From Macrostomum lignano (Eukaryota): a stretch of DNA of 64,000 nt. The stretch spans positions 857,335 to 921,334 of the forward strand of contig NIVC01000033.1 in NCBI GenBank assembly GCA_002269645.1, in the 5' to 3' direction. Position numbers and translations under genes: made by a program. Shown here one piece after another: positions 34,689 to 47,529 of this stretch (position 1 is its first letter; each line of letters begins with the position of its first letter). The notes under the pieces are model-generated. The model had not been told where the DNA came from, did not search any database, and saw nothing but the letters and a program-made list of their open reading frames with translations.

Positions 34689-37600
34689 TTAGGTCGACTC
34701 CGTCACGCCCGGTTGACTGTGCACTATCAGGGCCGCTGTGGTCGAGGAGCCCCCATTGCGAGACTGGTCAGCGTCATCGGGGTCCTCTCCATCGATTTGC
34801 TGCGCGACCACAGCCTCCTCCGTCATTGGAATCTGTTGACACTTCGAAGTGGATTGCTCACCCAACGTTTTGAGGCGTTCTTCGTCGGGATCTGTGCGAC
34901 CGCCGCCGCTGTTGAGCAGGCTGCGGCACCGGCGCGGTAGGCAGGCCTTCAGGCTGGCTCGAATCTCTTCGTTCAGCCAGCCGTACAGGTAGGGGTTGAC
35001 GCAGGCTGAGCCTAGGGCGAACAGGCGCACAAAGAGCTCGAGGATGTTCCAGGAGTCGTGGACGATTGAGCTGTCTGGAAGTTTGTTGATTGGTTTGCAG
35101 AATGGATCTGGATGGATTTGGATGGATCTGAATGGATCTGGATGGATCTGGATGGATCTGAATGGATCTGGATGGATCTGGATGGATCTGAATGGATCTG
35201 GATGGATCTGGATGGATCTGGATGGATCTGGATGGATCTGGATGGATCTGGATGGATCTGGATGGATCTGGATGGATCTGGATGGATCTGGATGGATCTG
35301 GATGGATCTGGATGGGTCTGGATGGATCTGGATGGATCTGGATGGATCTGGATGGGTCTGGATGGATCTGGATGGATCTGGATGGATCTGGATGGATCTG
35401 GATGGATCTGGATGGATCTGGATGGATCTGGATGGATCTGGATGGATCTGCAATTTCTGGTGCACAGTCGGCCCGCTGTCAGCGAGGAAGCAACAAGGCA
35501 TGTCCATTCCGCAGAATACAAATTCATGTAGGCACACAGGCACACAATCATGTAGGCACACAGGCACACAATCATGTAGGCACACAGGCACACAATCATG
35601 TAGGCACACAGGCACACAATCATGTAGGCACACAGGCACACAATCATGTAGGCACACAGGCACACAATCATGTAGGCACACAGGCACACAATCATGTAGG
35701 CACACAGGCACACAATCATGTAGGCACACAGGCACACAATCATGTAGGCACACAGGCACACAATCATGTAGGCACACAGGCACACAATCATGTAGGCACA
35801 CAGGCACACAATCATGTAGGCACACAGGCACACAATCATGTAGGCACACAGGCACACAATCATGTAGGCACACAGGCACACAATCATGTAGGCACACAGG
35901 CACACAATCATGTAGGCACACAGGCACACAATCATGTAGGCACACAGGCACACAATCATGTAGGCACACAGGCACACAATCATGTAGGCGCGTCACGTTG
36001 GTCCATCTGAACGACTGTACAATCTAACTGCACATACATTTGTTTTTGGCATTCATGGTCATGAATCTCACAAGCACTAACTAGGCCAGTGTTTCCTGCG
36101 TGAACCCCAAAGTTGCAAAAATATACAGTTCTGTAAACAACTCCATTTAAGGGGTCATCGTTGTCGCTAGTTCAGTTCCTTGATAGAGCTGCCCTCTCTA
36201 TTACTGCCCTGTCGGCGTTATATTGTCATTGTCAGTTTCTTCATTTAACCCCGTGGCCGTAAGAGTTAATTGTATAACTTTTTTATATAAATAAATATTT
36301 AGAAGAATAAAACTCGACAAGATATCAACCAGTGGTGTATCCTGGATTTTTTTCCAAGGGAGTGAGTTGATAGCAACAAATTGATTTCTGAATCTGCAAT
36401 TCAATCAGCTTAGAATAATTCATAGAAAGAAAGTTGAATCTCCGATTCAGTTTTAGATCGTCATTGCTTAACCGAGAAAGGAAGTACGAGCGTATATACT
36501 CGTACGCTAGAAAAAGTACGCAGTGAGAGCAAAGCTTCATGTTGGCACCACTTCTGCACAGATCTTCGACTCTCAGTCCCAGCCACGCTCGCCTTTCTGC
36601 CTGCTCCAAGAATTCTCAAAAGTCTCCCTGATTAATCCGCGCAACACCAGAAGCTAGCTCTGCATGGCATTCTCCTTTTTCGATCCTTTTCTTTGAGCTG
36701 CAACAAGCGTAAAAACGTTTGTGCGGAGATCGAGAAAATCAGAATTTAGAGCTAGAGGATTACCCGTGCTCCAGGGACGCCTCCGGCTATCAACCCGTTT
36801 GCTGTGAGCAGCGCTCGTTATTCCCAGTTTGTGCGAATTCTAACACTTGTCATTCGAGCTTGTCATTTTTCGAATTATTGGCCTTCTATCATATTAACAA
36901 AATAAACTTCTTGAGCTTCTTTCAGCATTTTCATGGAACCCTAGTAGTAAACAGCATCATTATTTTCAGTTAAAAGAACGTCAACATTAAAAAAATGATA
37001 TTGAAAATCATTGCACAATCATCGGCTGTATCAGATATCACCTGCGAGCGTATCTCTTGTAAATATTTCAAATGCAAAGTTTGAGATGCCTGAACGTTAC
37101 TACTAATTTATATTGTCCATGAAAAGCATTGCACCACAGATATTCAAGTCAATCATTTCATTCAAATTTCACAAAAATTAATGCAAAGTAAGCAGTTCAA
37201 ATCCGTAGATTGAAGTCCCTCTAATGCTTATCCAGTCCGAGCCATTGGCAAGCAATGCCCGCTTATCTCCCTGCCAGCTGCCGCTTTTTAGGAACTCGGG
37301 GCAGCGTAAAAAGCAGATTTATTCGAGAAAGCGTCGTGCGGCAATGCCGCCGCAGGTTCAAGTGCATGCAGTGAGCCTAGATGGAGGAGTTGCAGCATCC
37401 ACAACTGCATCGCCTACTGCAATGCAGTCGGAAATACGCGAAAAGTCTGCACAGTCATGCCAGCAAAGCTTTTTTGTACCTTGCCTGGCAACCGGATTCC
37501 TGGGCCGAACCGAAAACAGCATGAATAGCGGCAACAATCGTTTTTTGTGGCAACCAGCCCTTGTCGGCTTTAGCAATTTGACATTTTTTCCTCGGTGAAA

Positions 37601-40600
37601 AAGTAAAAGATTGCAAAAAAATAATTCAGCCTGTTTCGCATAAAACGTAAAAAGTATTGTTAGACATTTTATTGATTTCTAGAACACAATACAAGCCTCT
37701 GGATTCATACTTATCTATATCTATCATTTTCAGCAGAGACTCATGCAGACAATCCGATGTTTCCCTTATCCAGATTAATTTAAAATCAGTCCTCGTCAGG
37801 ATTACGAGGCTGCCCAGGTCTGGCATGTCAGAAAGCAGTTAATCATATGCAGACACGCAGCGGTGCTATCGGACGGTGAAATCAGCAATGCTACATCGGT
37901 CTGCAGGCTGTCTGAGCCCTCCAGCATTACCTAAACCGGGGCAGTCTACCAGTCTATGAAGCTAGCGCGATCCTGCTAAAATCTTAGACACCGACTGTCC
38001 GCATAAATCATAGCGTAGTCTAAGATTAGAAGGAAATTCCTAATTGGCTGGAGCCCAAGAAGCAAAAAGTACTTTTGCGTTCAAAATTCAATTAATTCAA
38101 TTACGAGCCCGCTCGCTCTCCGAGGCCGCTGGCCGGGTAGCCGCATCCCCATAACATTTTGGTAGGTCGTTTTTAAAACGGCTTTTTGCCTTTAGCCTTG
38201 CATCCCAGGACCTCCCTGGGGAGAGAAGGGGAGAAATCTGTGTCCCTTGGACGAAGATGAATGAAGACTTGAAGCGAAATTGGCACAGGCAAGCTAAGAC
38301 AAAAGAGAATGAGACAGCGCATCTGTCGCTGTTTGAGATTCTGTCACGTGCGCTGGCTGTATTTGCAGTTTGCAGCAGCATTTTGGCAGTAAATTCTCTC
38401 TGATCTGAATTCCTGACGCTGATTCTGTGAAGCTTTTATCCGATCTTGCCTCATATTGCACAGCTGTACTGCCCTATCAGCAGCTGGCTGCTTATTGCTC
38501 TCAAGGATGGAATTATCTCAGCCTAGATTTTCAGCTGAAATTAGACACCGAAATGAATTTATAAAACACTGAACTCAGAATTTTTCTGTATGCCGAGCTG
38601 ATAAAAAATGATGAATAGAAAATGAAACAATGCGGAAGCTCGAAGACCGGCCTAAATATTTGGATCTGATTAGAATAGACCAGCAATGGAGCGCGTGCTT
38701 GTTTTGAGATTCACCGTGTTCACAAAAAAGTAATTATCTTCAATGAATGAAACTTATTGCAATTTTTCCAGCTCATCTTTTTCGGTTTTGACTCTGTGTT
38801 GCCAACTCTTTCATGACGCAATGCTTTCAGCCGATCCCAGCCTTCAAGAGACCCAGCGATTTATGCCATTAGTTGAGCACAGAACTCACTTCCGACTTGA
38901 AATGCAACTAATCATTGTACGGTTGATGCAAATTTTAAGTCTCCCCAAAGTTTTCCGTCTGAATTTTAGTCTGAAGCGGAAACGGCACCAGCTAACACAG
39001 CAATTCAACCGGAAGCCAGCTTGCAACAGTCATGTTTCTTTTGTTTGCTGCAGTATTATTTGTACCCAACCCAAGGTGCCTCTGATATGATAGTTTGACC
39101 CTAAACAACCTTTGCCCAGAGTTATAAGACTCACTGTCTGGTTCCATCAGAAGCCGCATATTGGCGTTGATAACGTCCCACGACTTTGTGACATTTATGC
39201 AGTCAATGAATGCCGCCACCTTCTGCGGGTTGAGCTTCTTGTACTGCTCCACCTCCGAGACCACGTTAAACACGGACCACGGGCTCCAGAAGAAGGCAAA
39301 GCTGATCACTATGCTTATTAAGATTCGATTCGTGCGCCGTTTTCTCTCAGTCTCCCGCTTATGCTGCACAATCCTCCCACTGAGGCGGCGGTAGATGCAA
39401 AAGTACAGCGCGCCGGTGACGATTAGCGGCGTGCAGAACTGCAGGCAGAAGGCGCCGATCGAGTACACCAGACGGAGACTCTTGTCGGGCCAGCGCTCTG
39501 CGCAGTAGCCGATGGTCTGGCGAGTCTCCACCTGAAGTGGTTTGCGATTCGCCATGAAGTTGGACTACCAGGGTCTCATACATTCCTGAGGAAAAAACCC
39601 TAAGAGCAAAAAGGATAACGATTTCTATCGCGACCATGCCAGCTGGGCTTACCTACGATTGCAGAGTACTTACATAATCTGGGTATCTGGGAATTGAGAT
39701 GGCGCGTTCTTCCATGACCCAAACCCGGGTTCGGTTTTCTGCCAAAATCTCTCTGAGCAATCTCGCTCATGATTCTGCATTTCTCTATGCTGTGTCTCGA
39801 TAGCAAACTGAACAGATCCTGAGGGAACAAGCGACCGAAAGAGTACAGCAGAAAATGGCCCCTTGAACAAACAAATTGGAGCAGATTAAAGAGTTTTCTC
39901 CCTGCAGAACAGGAATTTGCACTCAGTGCAGATCTGCTGGAGGCAATCCACGTCCGGCAACTGCCACTCGCACTTGGTTGGTCGGTGCCCATTTGCAGTG
40001 GATGCAGCCGCCTCTAAGTAACTACGAACTAATTTCAGTCGTAGAGAACTCAGAAACAATTGTTCCTTTTCCCAGAATGCCACGGCAGCACCAGCCCCAC
40101 TAGCATCGACCCTACCGTGTTGAAGACTATCGCAGGCGAGTGCACCAACAAGCCGAGCAGCACAGTCAGGAGCAGGAGACCCCCAGCTTCTCTGCGGCTC
40201 ATTCTCCGGCCGTGGGGATGGCAGATCAGCCTGTACCGATCTACCGCTACCCACAGTATGATGAGGCAGCTTGCGTAGATCGGCACGCTGAGCGAAGTGA
40301 GCAGCACGCGGCAGTAGAAGGTCCTCGGTAGACTGGCAGCAATGTAGTTCCGGCGGGTGAGATCGTACACCAGCAGCGATGGCATCAGCATGCCACAGAT
40401 GAGGATGTCGCTGAGCGACAGGCCCAGCACAAACATGTTAGTCACGTTGGCGAATTCGCGTCGCTTTAACAAGCTGACTGCGACCATGAGGTTGCTGAAC
40501 AGCCCAAGCAGGATGAGCAGCGCGTACAGAACCAGCAACAGTGCCACCACAGCGACGCCATCGGGTTTTCCAGCAGCGGAGGCCGTGGAATCGGCAGAAT

Positions 40601-40739
40601 CAGTGGCATCTGAATCTGTCACCGTTGCATCTTCCAGAGATGGTGGGGGCGGGACGGGGCCACTCGTGTTCAGACTGCTCAGGTAGTAATTGAAGCAGAG
40701 TGATCTGCAGGTAGAAAGCAATTTACTTATGCTGCACAT
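34689..40739 (-). CDS. Rhodopsin-family neuropeptide GPCR (NPY/NPF/sNPF/PrRP-receptor type), 3 exons (40739-40116, 39531-39135, 35074-34689), about 468 aa
   Basis: GLFSNLMV (TM1), NVTNMFVLGLSLSDIL (TM2), VAVDRYRLICHP (TM3), CAERWP (ECL2), RRTNRIL..FFWSPWSVFN (TM6), CVNPYLYGWLN (TM7). Phases are consistent. The start codon is uncertain because a good acceptor lies just downstream of ATG 40739. Confidence 0.9.
35101..35450. repeat. 10-bp minisatellite (GGATGGATCT) in GPCR intron 2
   Basis: Direct observation; lies about 25 nt from the acceptor. Confidence 0.97.
35519..35988. repeat. 24-bp minisatellite (AGGCACACAGGCACACAATCATGT) in GPCR intron 2
   Basis: Essentially perfect 24-nt periodicity. 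Confidence 0.97.
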
Positions 40740-43700
40740 CGCTGGATAATAACTAAAATATTAGTTATTTAGTTATTTTAAAAAATAAGTTTATAGAAAT
40801 CAACTCACACTCGACTCATTATAGCAGACTTTGAGTCGCACCAGACGCAGTGTGCCATGATGACGAGTAGATGCTGGCTACTCAAATTCCTGTTCTCCTG
40901 GTTTGCTATGAAGGTTTACATGCTTGCTAAATTATTCGAATTTCAGGAGCTACGGTTCATAACAAATAAAAGCTACGTTGCAATTGTAGTGGAAAACTAT
41001 AAATTTACCGACCCAATAAGCATTCTGATTTTGCAGAAATGATTGATTGAGTAATGATAGAGAAAAAATGCCCACTGTCTCAGGTATAAAAAGGGGCTTT
41101 TAAATGGTATACCATTCAAATGGTAAGAAACGTGCATCTAAGCAGACAGACCCTGCTGAGCATAAAGGAAGCATGCTAGTTTTTGCATGGGTCAACTTCT
41201 TCAGAGTCGACGCTGGTCTTACCTGCAAACTCTTTAGCGGTAATCTTGCAGAACGATCCTTGTCTGCAGATGTCGCTAACTACGTCGTCAATAAGGACCA
41301 TGCTTGAAGAAGCAGAATAGGTAGCTAATTAAAAAAAAGCGGTAATGCTATCAGAGAAAACCTCGATGCCAGAGTGTGGCCCTTTCACTTCCTGGATTCA
41401 TCGCCAAATACTTTTTTGCCTCGGTTGACTCGGTATCATAAATTCCCAGCCAGCCCCCACTGGCCCGTTCGCCCCAGCCAATAAGCGGTGGCGCCCCTGC
41501 ATCCTCTGCAGCAGCCGGCTAACCTTTGTTTGCTCGATTCAAGCGCTGTTTTTACCTTTCGCAACCCTTGACCGGTCCTGGCCAGGCTGGAAATCCTCTT
41601 ACGGCAGGCACGGCGGAGCTGTATTGACTGAGTGAGGCCAAATTAAATATTCAAACTGCCAGCATGCCGGGATACGCGCCGGTGCGCGAACGAAACGATT
41701 GCCAAACAAAGCTGAGCCTTCAGCTTGATGGCTGAAGAAATGACTGCAGAATTGGCTCCCCCCCCCCCGGTCTTCGCTTGAGCACACACACCCAGCTTGC
41801 CGGGGAAAATCTTGACACAACAATGGCGAAGGGAAAAACGAAGAATTTCCTGATGAGCTGGTGTTGGCGGGACGGAATGCTCTTAAGCTTCCGTGAAGCT
41901 GAGTCTAAGATTATGAGGATAAACTTCTAGGGCATTTTTGCGAGTGTTCAGCACTGAATAAAGTCCTTTGTAATCAGGTACATGGTGACTGAAACACCAG
42001 TAGTGAAAGCTGTTGTCTTGAGAAGGCATACCGGCTGCAGGATCGCTGATTCAGAGGAGTTCGACTCCACTTGAAAGTTCGCTCGCTTCATGAATGCGAA
42101 CGAGAATGCGCACGCATCGGCTGACTTTGGCAACCAATTTAATTAGTCATCGCATCACGAAATTGCAAACGATCAAAACAATCAACCTGAGTGGTGGGCT
42201 GGCGGACACGGAACCGCTACACCTGACGAACGGACTTCGATCCTTTAATTAGTACAATTATTATTATGGCAATCCGCGGGGGCAGAAAGTTTGCCCATCT
42301 CATTACTGAGTAGCACTGCAAAGAGCTCTTCACCCGGCTGCAGCACGAAGCTGCCGGAAAACACTAATAGCATTTGATGCATGAGGCTGGCATGAAACCC
42401 AGACTGATTCACCAATCATTAATGAGGTCAAGAGCTCGACTATGTAATCATCTTTTGCCTCAATCTACCTTGTCGGCCCACTCGATACGTGTTTACGAAC
42501 CCACCATTTACTTCTTGGCGCGAGCACAGAAGCCAGACGAGTATCTGGCAACAATTATGCAACCAACGGAAGGAGCAGTTGCAGATAAAGCTTTTATTCC
42601 TCTATGATTAAGTAAGCTAAAATGAACTCGTTGCAATGAATACGAGCTACTACTTACAGTAGTTCGCGACAGAAGATCTCTGAAACTCATGTTATAAGCT
42701 TACATACATGTACCGGCATTACCAAAAGCTTCACAACTTTTTGTGCTTATTTTCGCATTAATTCCTTCTGAATGCAGGGAATATCACCTATGACAAATAT
42801 TATGATAAGTCCTTGTGGTCTGTTGACTTTATATCGATACACTTCAGCTTGCCTTGATATAATACGAAACACAATACGAACATAATATGGCCTATTACAC
42901 ACTAGAAGTAAGAATTGCGCACGTCTTCATTATAGAAAGTCTGAAAATTGTCAGAGCGAAGAAGAAATAGAGAGAAACCACAGGGGAAGAAAGAGCAATT
43001 TAGGCTCGCAGCACAGCTCTTCGGCTAATTTCAGAGGCTCATCTAGTTTAGCGTCGAACCCCCTCAAAGCAATAAAGAAATTGCTTCCTACGTTCCGACC
43101 AGTAAAAAAGCGGAGCTGCATTCCTATCTAGATCAAGAAGTGCAAAAGTACTGCTAAGTTACAAAAATAGCATAGCAAGCTGCAGATATGGTTATTTCTT
43201 TGCGATGTTTGTTCTTCATGACAGTCCGCATCAGATTTGCAAGAAGCTTCGCATGAAAAAACATTAGCTAAGAGCATACTCTCTTCTAAGTAACTTGCGT
43301 GCGTTAAAATTTACGTTTGTTAATGCGATGAACAGAATACGCATGCAGATTCTGCTTGCTACTTCACTGTCACTGATGATTCGGCTGCTCCCTACACGAG
43401 TTTATCAAACAGTTGGCTATTAGGATGCCGGAGGAGTTGCAAGCTCGCTGTTACTTCACGCGTAGCTGAACTCATCAATGGCATTGCCCAATTTCTGGGC
43501 CGCGTGACGGTGTGAGTTAAGGTATGGCTTTCGAAATTGTTTTTTGTCTCTGTGTAGTGTAACACGGCAAGCTTTCTATACAGTGTGCTTGCTCCCTGCC
43601 CGCACTGCACTGGAGGCACAATTGCACTAGGACTAACTGACTGCATTTGGCTGGTGCTTGTGCTGTCTTTATCAGCCCGAGCAGACCGTACACAGTTTTG

Positions 43701-43986
43701 TACGCACTGATACAGATCTGCACTGCGGGGAGGAGGGTAAGGCTCGTTGGGGCAGGGTTAGCTGCTCCACGCAAAAATAAACGTATGGCATGCGTTTGCA
43801 TTGTGATGATTCCAGAATTTTCTGATTCCTTACCCGACTCACTCATTCACCCCCTCTCGCCAAATAGTTCGTCCGACTTCAGCGCTGCCATAATATAAAA
43901 ACAGGTCTTGCTAGTTTACGCCCGTGGAATCAGAAAGTTTCACTTTTCTCAAGCAAACTCCTAAATTAGCGTCAAAGTTCTAAGAC

Positions 43987-45518
43987 ATGTCCGCCAAGAT
44001 CACTCCATTGAGCCTCACGGTGCAGGACAAGGCCCGAAACGTCCACAAGGGCAGCGACGTCTTTAAGGGCAAGAAAATCATGCTGTACTTCTCGGCTCAC
44101 TGGTGCCCGCCGTGCAGAACCTTCACTCCGGCCCTGGCTCTGTTCTATGAAGAGGTGCGAAGCTGTTTGCCTGTTTCTCAACGCGTATTTTTGTTTTACT
44201 CGCAGTCGTCTGACACATTTCGCATCGCAAGCGGTTGTCTTTCAGTTAGGACTTGCTTTGCTTAGCTTAGAAATCGTAGCATTAATAAGCATGATTCGGA
44301 GCAGAACTCGCAGAATTTTTGTAGGGTCCCACTAAACAGCCACAACCCAACGATTCCATAGAGTTTAATGACTTCAAACTAATGGAGGAAGATATACCCA
44401 ACAACAGTAAAAAGCCGCCACCTTTAAGAGTGCGCAGTAAATTCTAGCTCAGTATTGACTTTTGAGTGACGCAACGCGACACAGAGTTGGGCTGGGTGAG
44501 GAGGGATTGGAAAGAGCGGAGGGCGAAGATCGGATGGATTGAAGCTTCCGCCCGGTTGTCTTTGTTTTCAAGCATTTTTTAATATCAAAATGGTTGGCCA
44601 GGCGATAAGACGCTGTTCGAAGGACACTGCTCACTGGGGCAAAGGGTGGCGACTTTTCAATGTTGCTGAGTATATCTTTATGCTTTAAATTCCGCATTCC
44701 GTTTTCAAACAAAAACTTAGTGAGCCGTACTTATCTGTTGCAAGTCTGTTGTTTGAGATCTAAAGGTTGAAAAATCTGTTTTGATATAGCTATCTCTTCT
44801 GTCCTATGTGTAGGAATTCGAGGAAGAATTATGGACTTCAGTGTCTGCAAAACTCTGTTCGGGCACAGCAAAATACACACATAATGCCATATTGAAAATA
44901 TTTGACACTGGTGTTGGTTTCTGCTGCCTTAGAGGTTGTCCTAGACATTGCATTACTGGTACTTCTAGACATTCTGATTGTGTTTTAGCTGCTAAATGGT
45001 TGGGTTGCAGCTTATTCTGTCAAGAGGTTTGATGTCAGGCGGTGATTCGATATTTGTCGGCGAAGTCTTGGAACCTGGCCTCGGTGTGTTTCAGTACTTC
45101 TGCGCATTTCTTTATATCCAATAATTGAGTCGAACCCGTTTCCCCTGCATTCAGCGACCATTTAGTAATATTTTGTTTGGTCTTCAAATGCAAAACGTTT
45201 CCCATCAACGAGGTTTCAAATCCGATACTAAACAAAGCTGAAAAACATTTCTAGGCCAAAGCTTCCCACCCAAATTTGGAGTGCGTTTTCGTTTCCTGCG
45301 ACCGGGACGAGGCTTCGATGCTGAGCTACTTTAACGAGTCGCACGGCGACTACTACGTGCTGCCTTTCAACTCCGAGGAGCGCACCGGCCTGGCCAAGCA
45401 GTACCAGGTCAGCGGCATCCCCTGCCTCATCGTGGTGGACGAGGAGGGCAAAGTTTTAAAGCCTAACGTCCGCGAGGATGTCCAAAAGGGCAACTTTGCC
45501 GCTATCAACCAGTGGTAG
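43987..45518 (+). CDS. Single-domain nucleoredoxin/tryparedoxin-like thioredoxin, 2 exons (43987-44154, 45255-45518), 143 aa
   Basis: LYFSAHWCPPCRTFTP active site, ECVFVSCDRDE, LPF and VSGIPCLIV motifs; phase-0 GT-AG intron. Confidence 0.92.
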
Positions 45519-46039
45519 ATAGTTGATTCGAAGTGATCTTAAATATCGCAGAATAACAAAACCGACTGACTGATTGAGCTCAGAGTGAATGACAGAAGTC
45601 AATCACCAAACTAAAACTTCAAACCTTTGTTAATTTTTTTACTACTTTTAGTATACTACTTTTCAGAAGCTACTGACCTTTGCTGTACCTAGCTTAAATT
45701 TCAACTGCAAAGATTGTTTTTTCCTTACTTTTTATACTCGTAGAGACTTCTGCAAGCGAACTTTCAAAGCCAAAGCATTACATTTTACAAAAATTGAAGC
45801 CAAACTTTATCACAAAACTCGAAATCAATCTTGCAGCCTAAAGACGCCTACTTACAGAGTTTATTGAGTCCGATTATTCAAGTATCCCAACTTTAGTGTA
45901 GCAAAGTTCCTATAGAAGTTTTGATTTTTAGTATATAGGAAGGATCTTCGCCCCTCGTTGGGGAGAGAAGAAAAAATGGATAAAATGCTTGAATGAATAA
46001 ACTACACATGTACCTGCACATGTAGACATCGTCCCTCAA

Positions 46040-46480
46040 CAGCACTGACGACAAACCTGCCCATTCCGCTGACTCCGGAGCACACACATGTACAAGTGCG
46101 CAGCTAGTAGAAGCAGGGACGCACTCGTACACACGCTTACACGGGGTGTGCAGCGACCCTGACTTTTCAATAACAGGCAGTTACACTCGTCTTGGGAGTT
46201 GGCTCCCATAGGTGCGAATCGCACGATAAACCCCGGCCAATTTCCGTGCTCTGCTCCAGTCTCTGTATTGAGTACATTTTCAAATTTTAGCATGAGCCCT
46301 GGCAATTAACTCAAAAAGTGTACCTGATAACTCTGGTACTGAAGCAGTTGCCAGTCCCCTAAGTATCCAGATGTATAAAGTACAAGCATTTACCGTGCAT
46401 GAAGCATGAATGAATGTTTCCGTGCACGGAATCGAACCAAGGGTCGTAGCGTAGTGTCAGGCGCGTTTACCGCTGAGCTC
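46040..46480 (-). mobile_element. tRNA-headed SINE-like repeat
   Basis: Minus strand AGCTCAGCGGTA (A-box-like) ... GGTTCGATTCC (B-box) at 46480-46420, without a good cloverleaf. The body 46055-46165 resembles 61495-61595, and TTGGGAGTTGGCTC recurs at about 31742 and 63852. Confidence 0.55.
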
Positions 46481-46680
46481 TTTTGGGCTCGATAGATTTC
46501 CGATTGTTGAATTATTAGCTAGGATTTCGTTGTCGGTTCAGCTTAGATTTTTGTAATCACATTAGTTTGCTCAATACTGTAGTTTTGATAGCTAATTGTT
46601 GTAGGACTTATCTTGAGTCCCCTTTTTCCCCTGGGGTAAGGCTAAGGTTCGATGCAGTTGAGCCTCGCGGTTTCAGGCGT

Positions 46681-47529
46681 CACCTGAAAGATCCACCTGT
46701 TCAATTGGATGGTGTTATCGCGGTTGCCATTTCCGGACCCAAACTTATTCCAGCCCTAAACGCGGCACTGGCGCAGATCCTCGAGTCATTGAGGAGGCAC
46801 GGATATGAAAATTGATAAATTTTGTTACTTTTTTCAAGATTTTCAAAATCGCATTTTGACTCGGTCATCAGGGCTGTACTCCCAGTGTTGCTCAGTGCGT
46901 ACAACGTGCTGGAGCAGCTGATTTCCGCCATCATGGTGATGTAGCCGTTACTGGGACACGAGACCTGCTATGTCAACATCCTCTGGGATGCTCCAAGGAG
47001 ATACGCTAACGCCGTCCCTGTTCCTGTTCTGGTGCTAGGGCTGCAATTTTGTGCGAGAGCAGACGTTAATCTTTCGTTTTTTGAGGGGAGTCCAAGCCCT
47101 ACTTGATCACCAGAGGGCGCGGTGGTACTGTTCTAAGCAGTGTTCGAGACCGTCTCGCGTTACAACGCCGAGAAGAAAGACGCCAACGGGCACGCTGGCC
47201 TGCTTCGCGCCGCCTTCAGGATCGGCGACGAACGAGTTGCCAACGCGGCACTGAATTGGTGCACCGGGCCCGTCCTAGCAAAATTTTGCGCCGTCAGTGC
47301 CCAGCTGGAAGGTCATATTATCTGCGCCGAGTCACACTCCGCAGCCAGGACTGCTGCCGCTGCTGGCACCCTACCGGCGAGGACAGGCGTGTACTCGGCG
47401 TCAAGCCTAATTTTTTCCGTTGCATTAGCTTGGATTGCTGTTGTTGGATTGTCCAAGGCAAGGCAACTTCCAGAACGTTGGCAGCTTCGAAGAGAACTGA
47501 GCATCGAACCAGTTATTGCATCGCAGTAA
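46681..47529 (+). pseudogene. Interrupted coding-like frame of unknown family (decayed gene or unresolved splicing)
   Basis: A single frame with GC3-rich codons is broken by stops near 46813, 46942, 47104 and 47134; it ends in a hydrophobic stretch (SLIFSVALAWIAVVGL). No family recognised. Confidence 0.3.

Noticed and set aside
34996-36027. Repeat ORFs of 139-435 aa, including an apparent in-frame repeat N-terminal to the last GPCR exon
   Set aside because: A phase-1 acceptor at 35075 joins exon 2 cleanly, so the 10- and 24-bp arrays are intronic.
43392-43846. Overlapping minus-strand open frames of about 110 aa after an acceptor-like site
   Set aside because: No recognisable domain, no clear codon bias and no partner exon.
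46415-46490. Possible tRNA gene
   Set aside because: A and B boxes are present but the acceptor and anticodon stems do not pair; treated as a SINE head.
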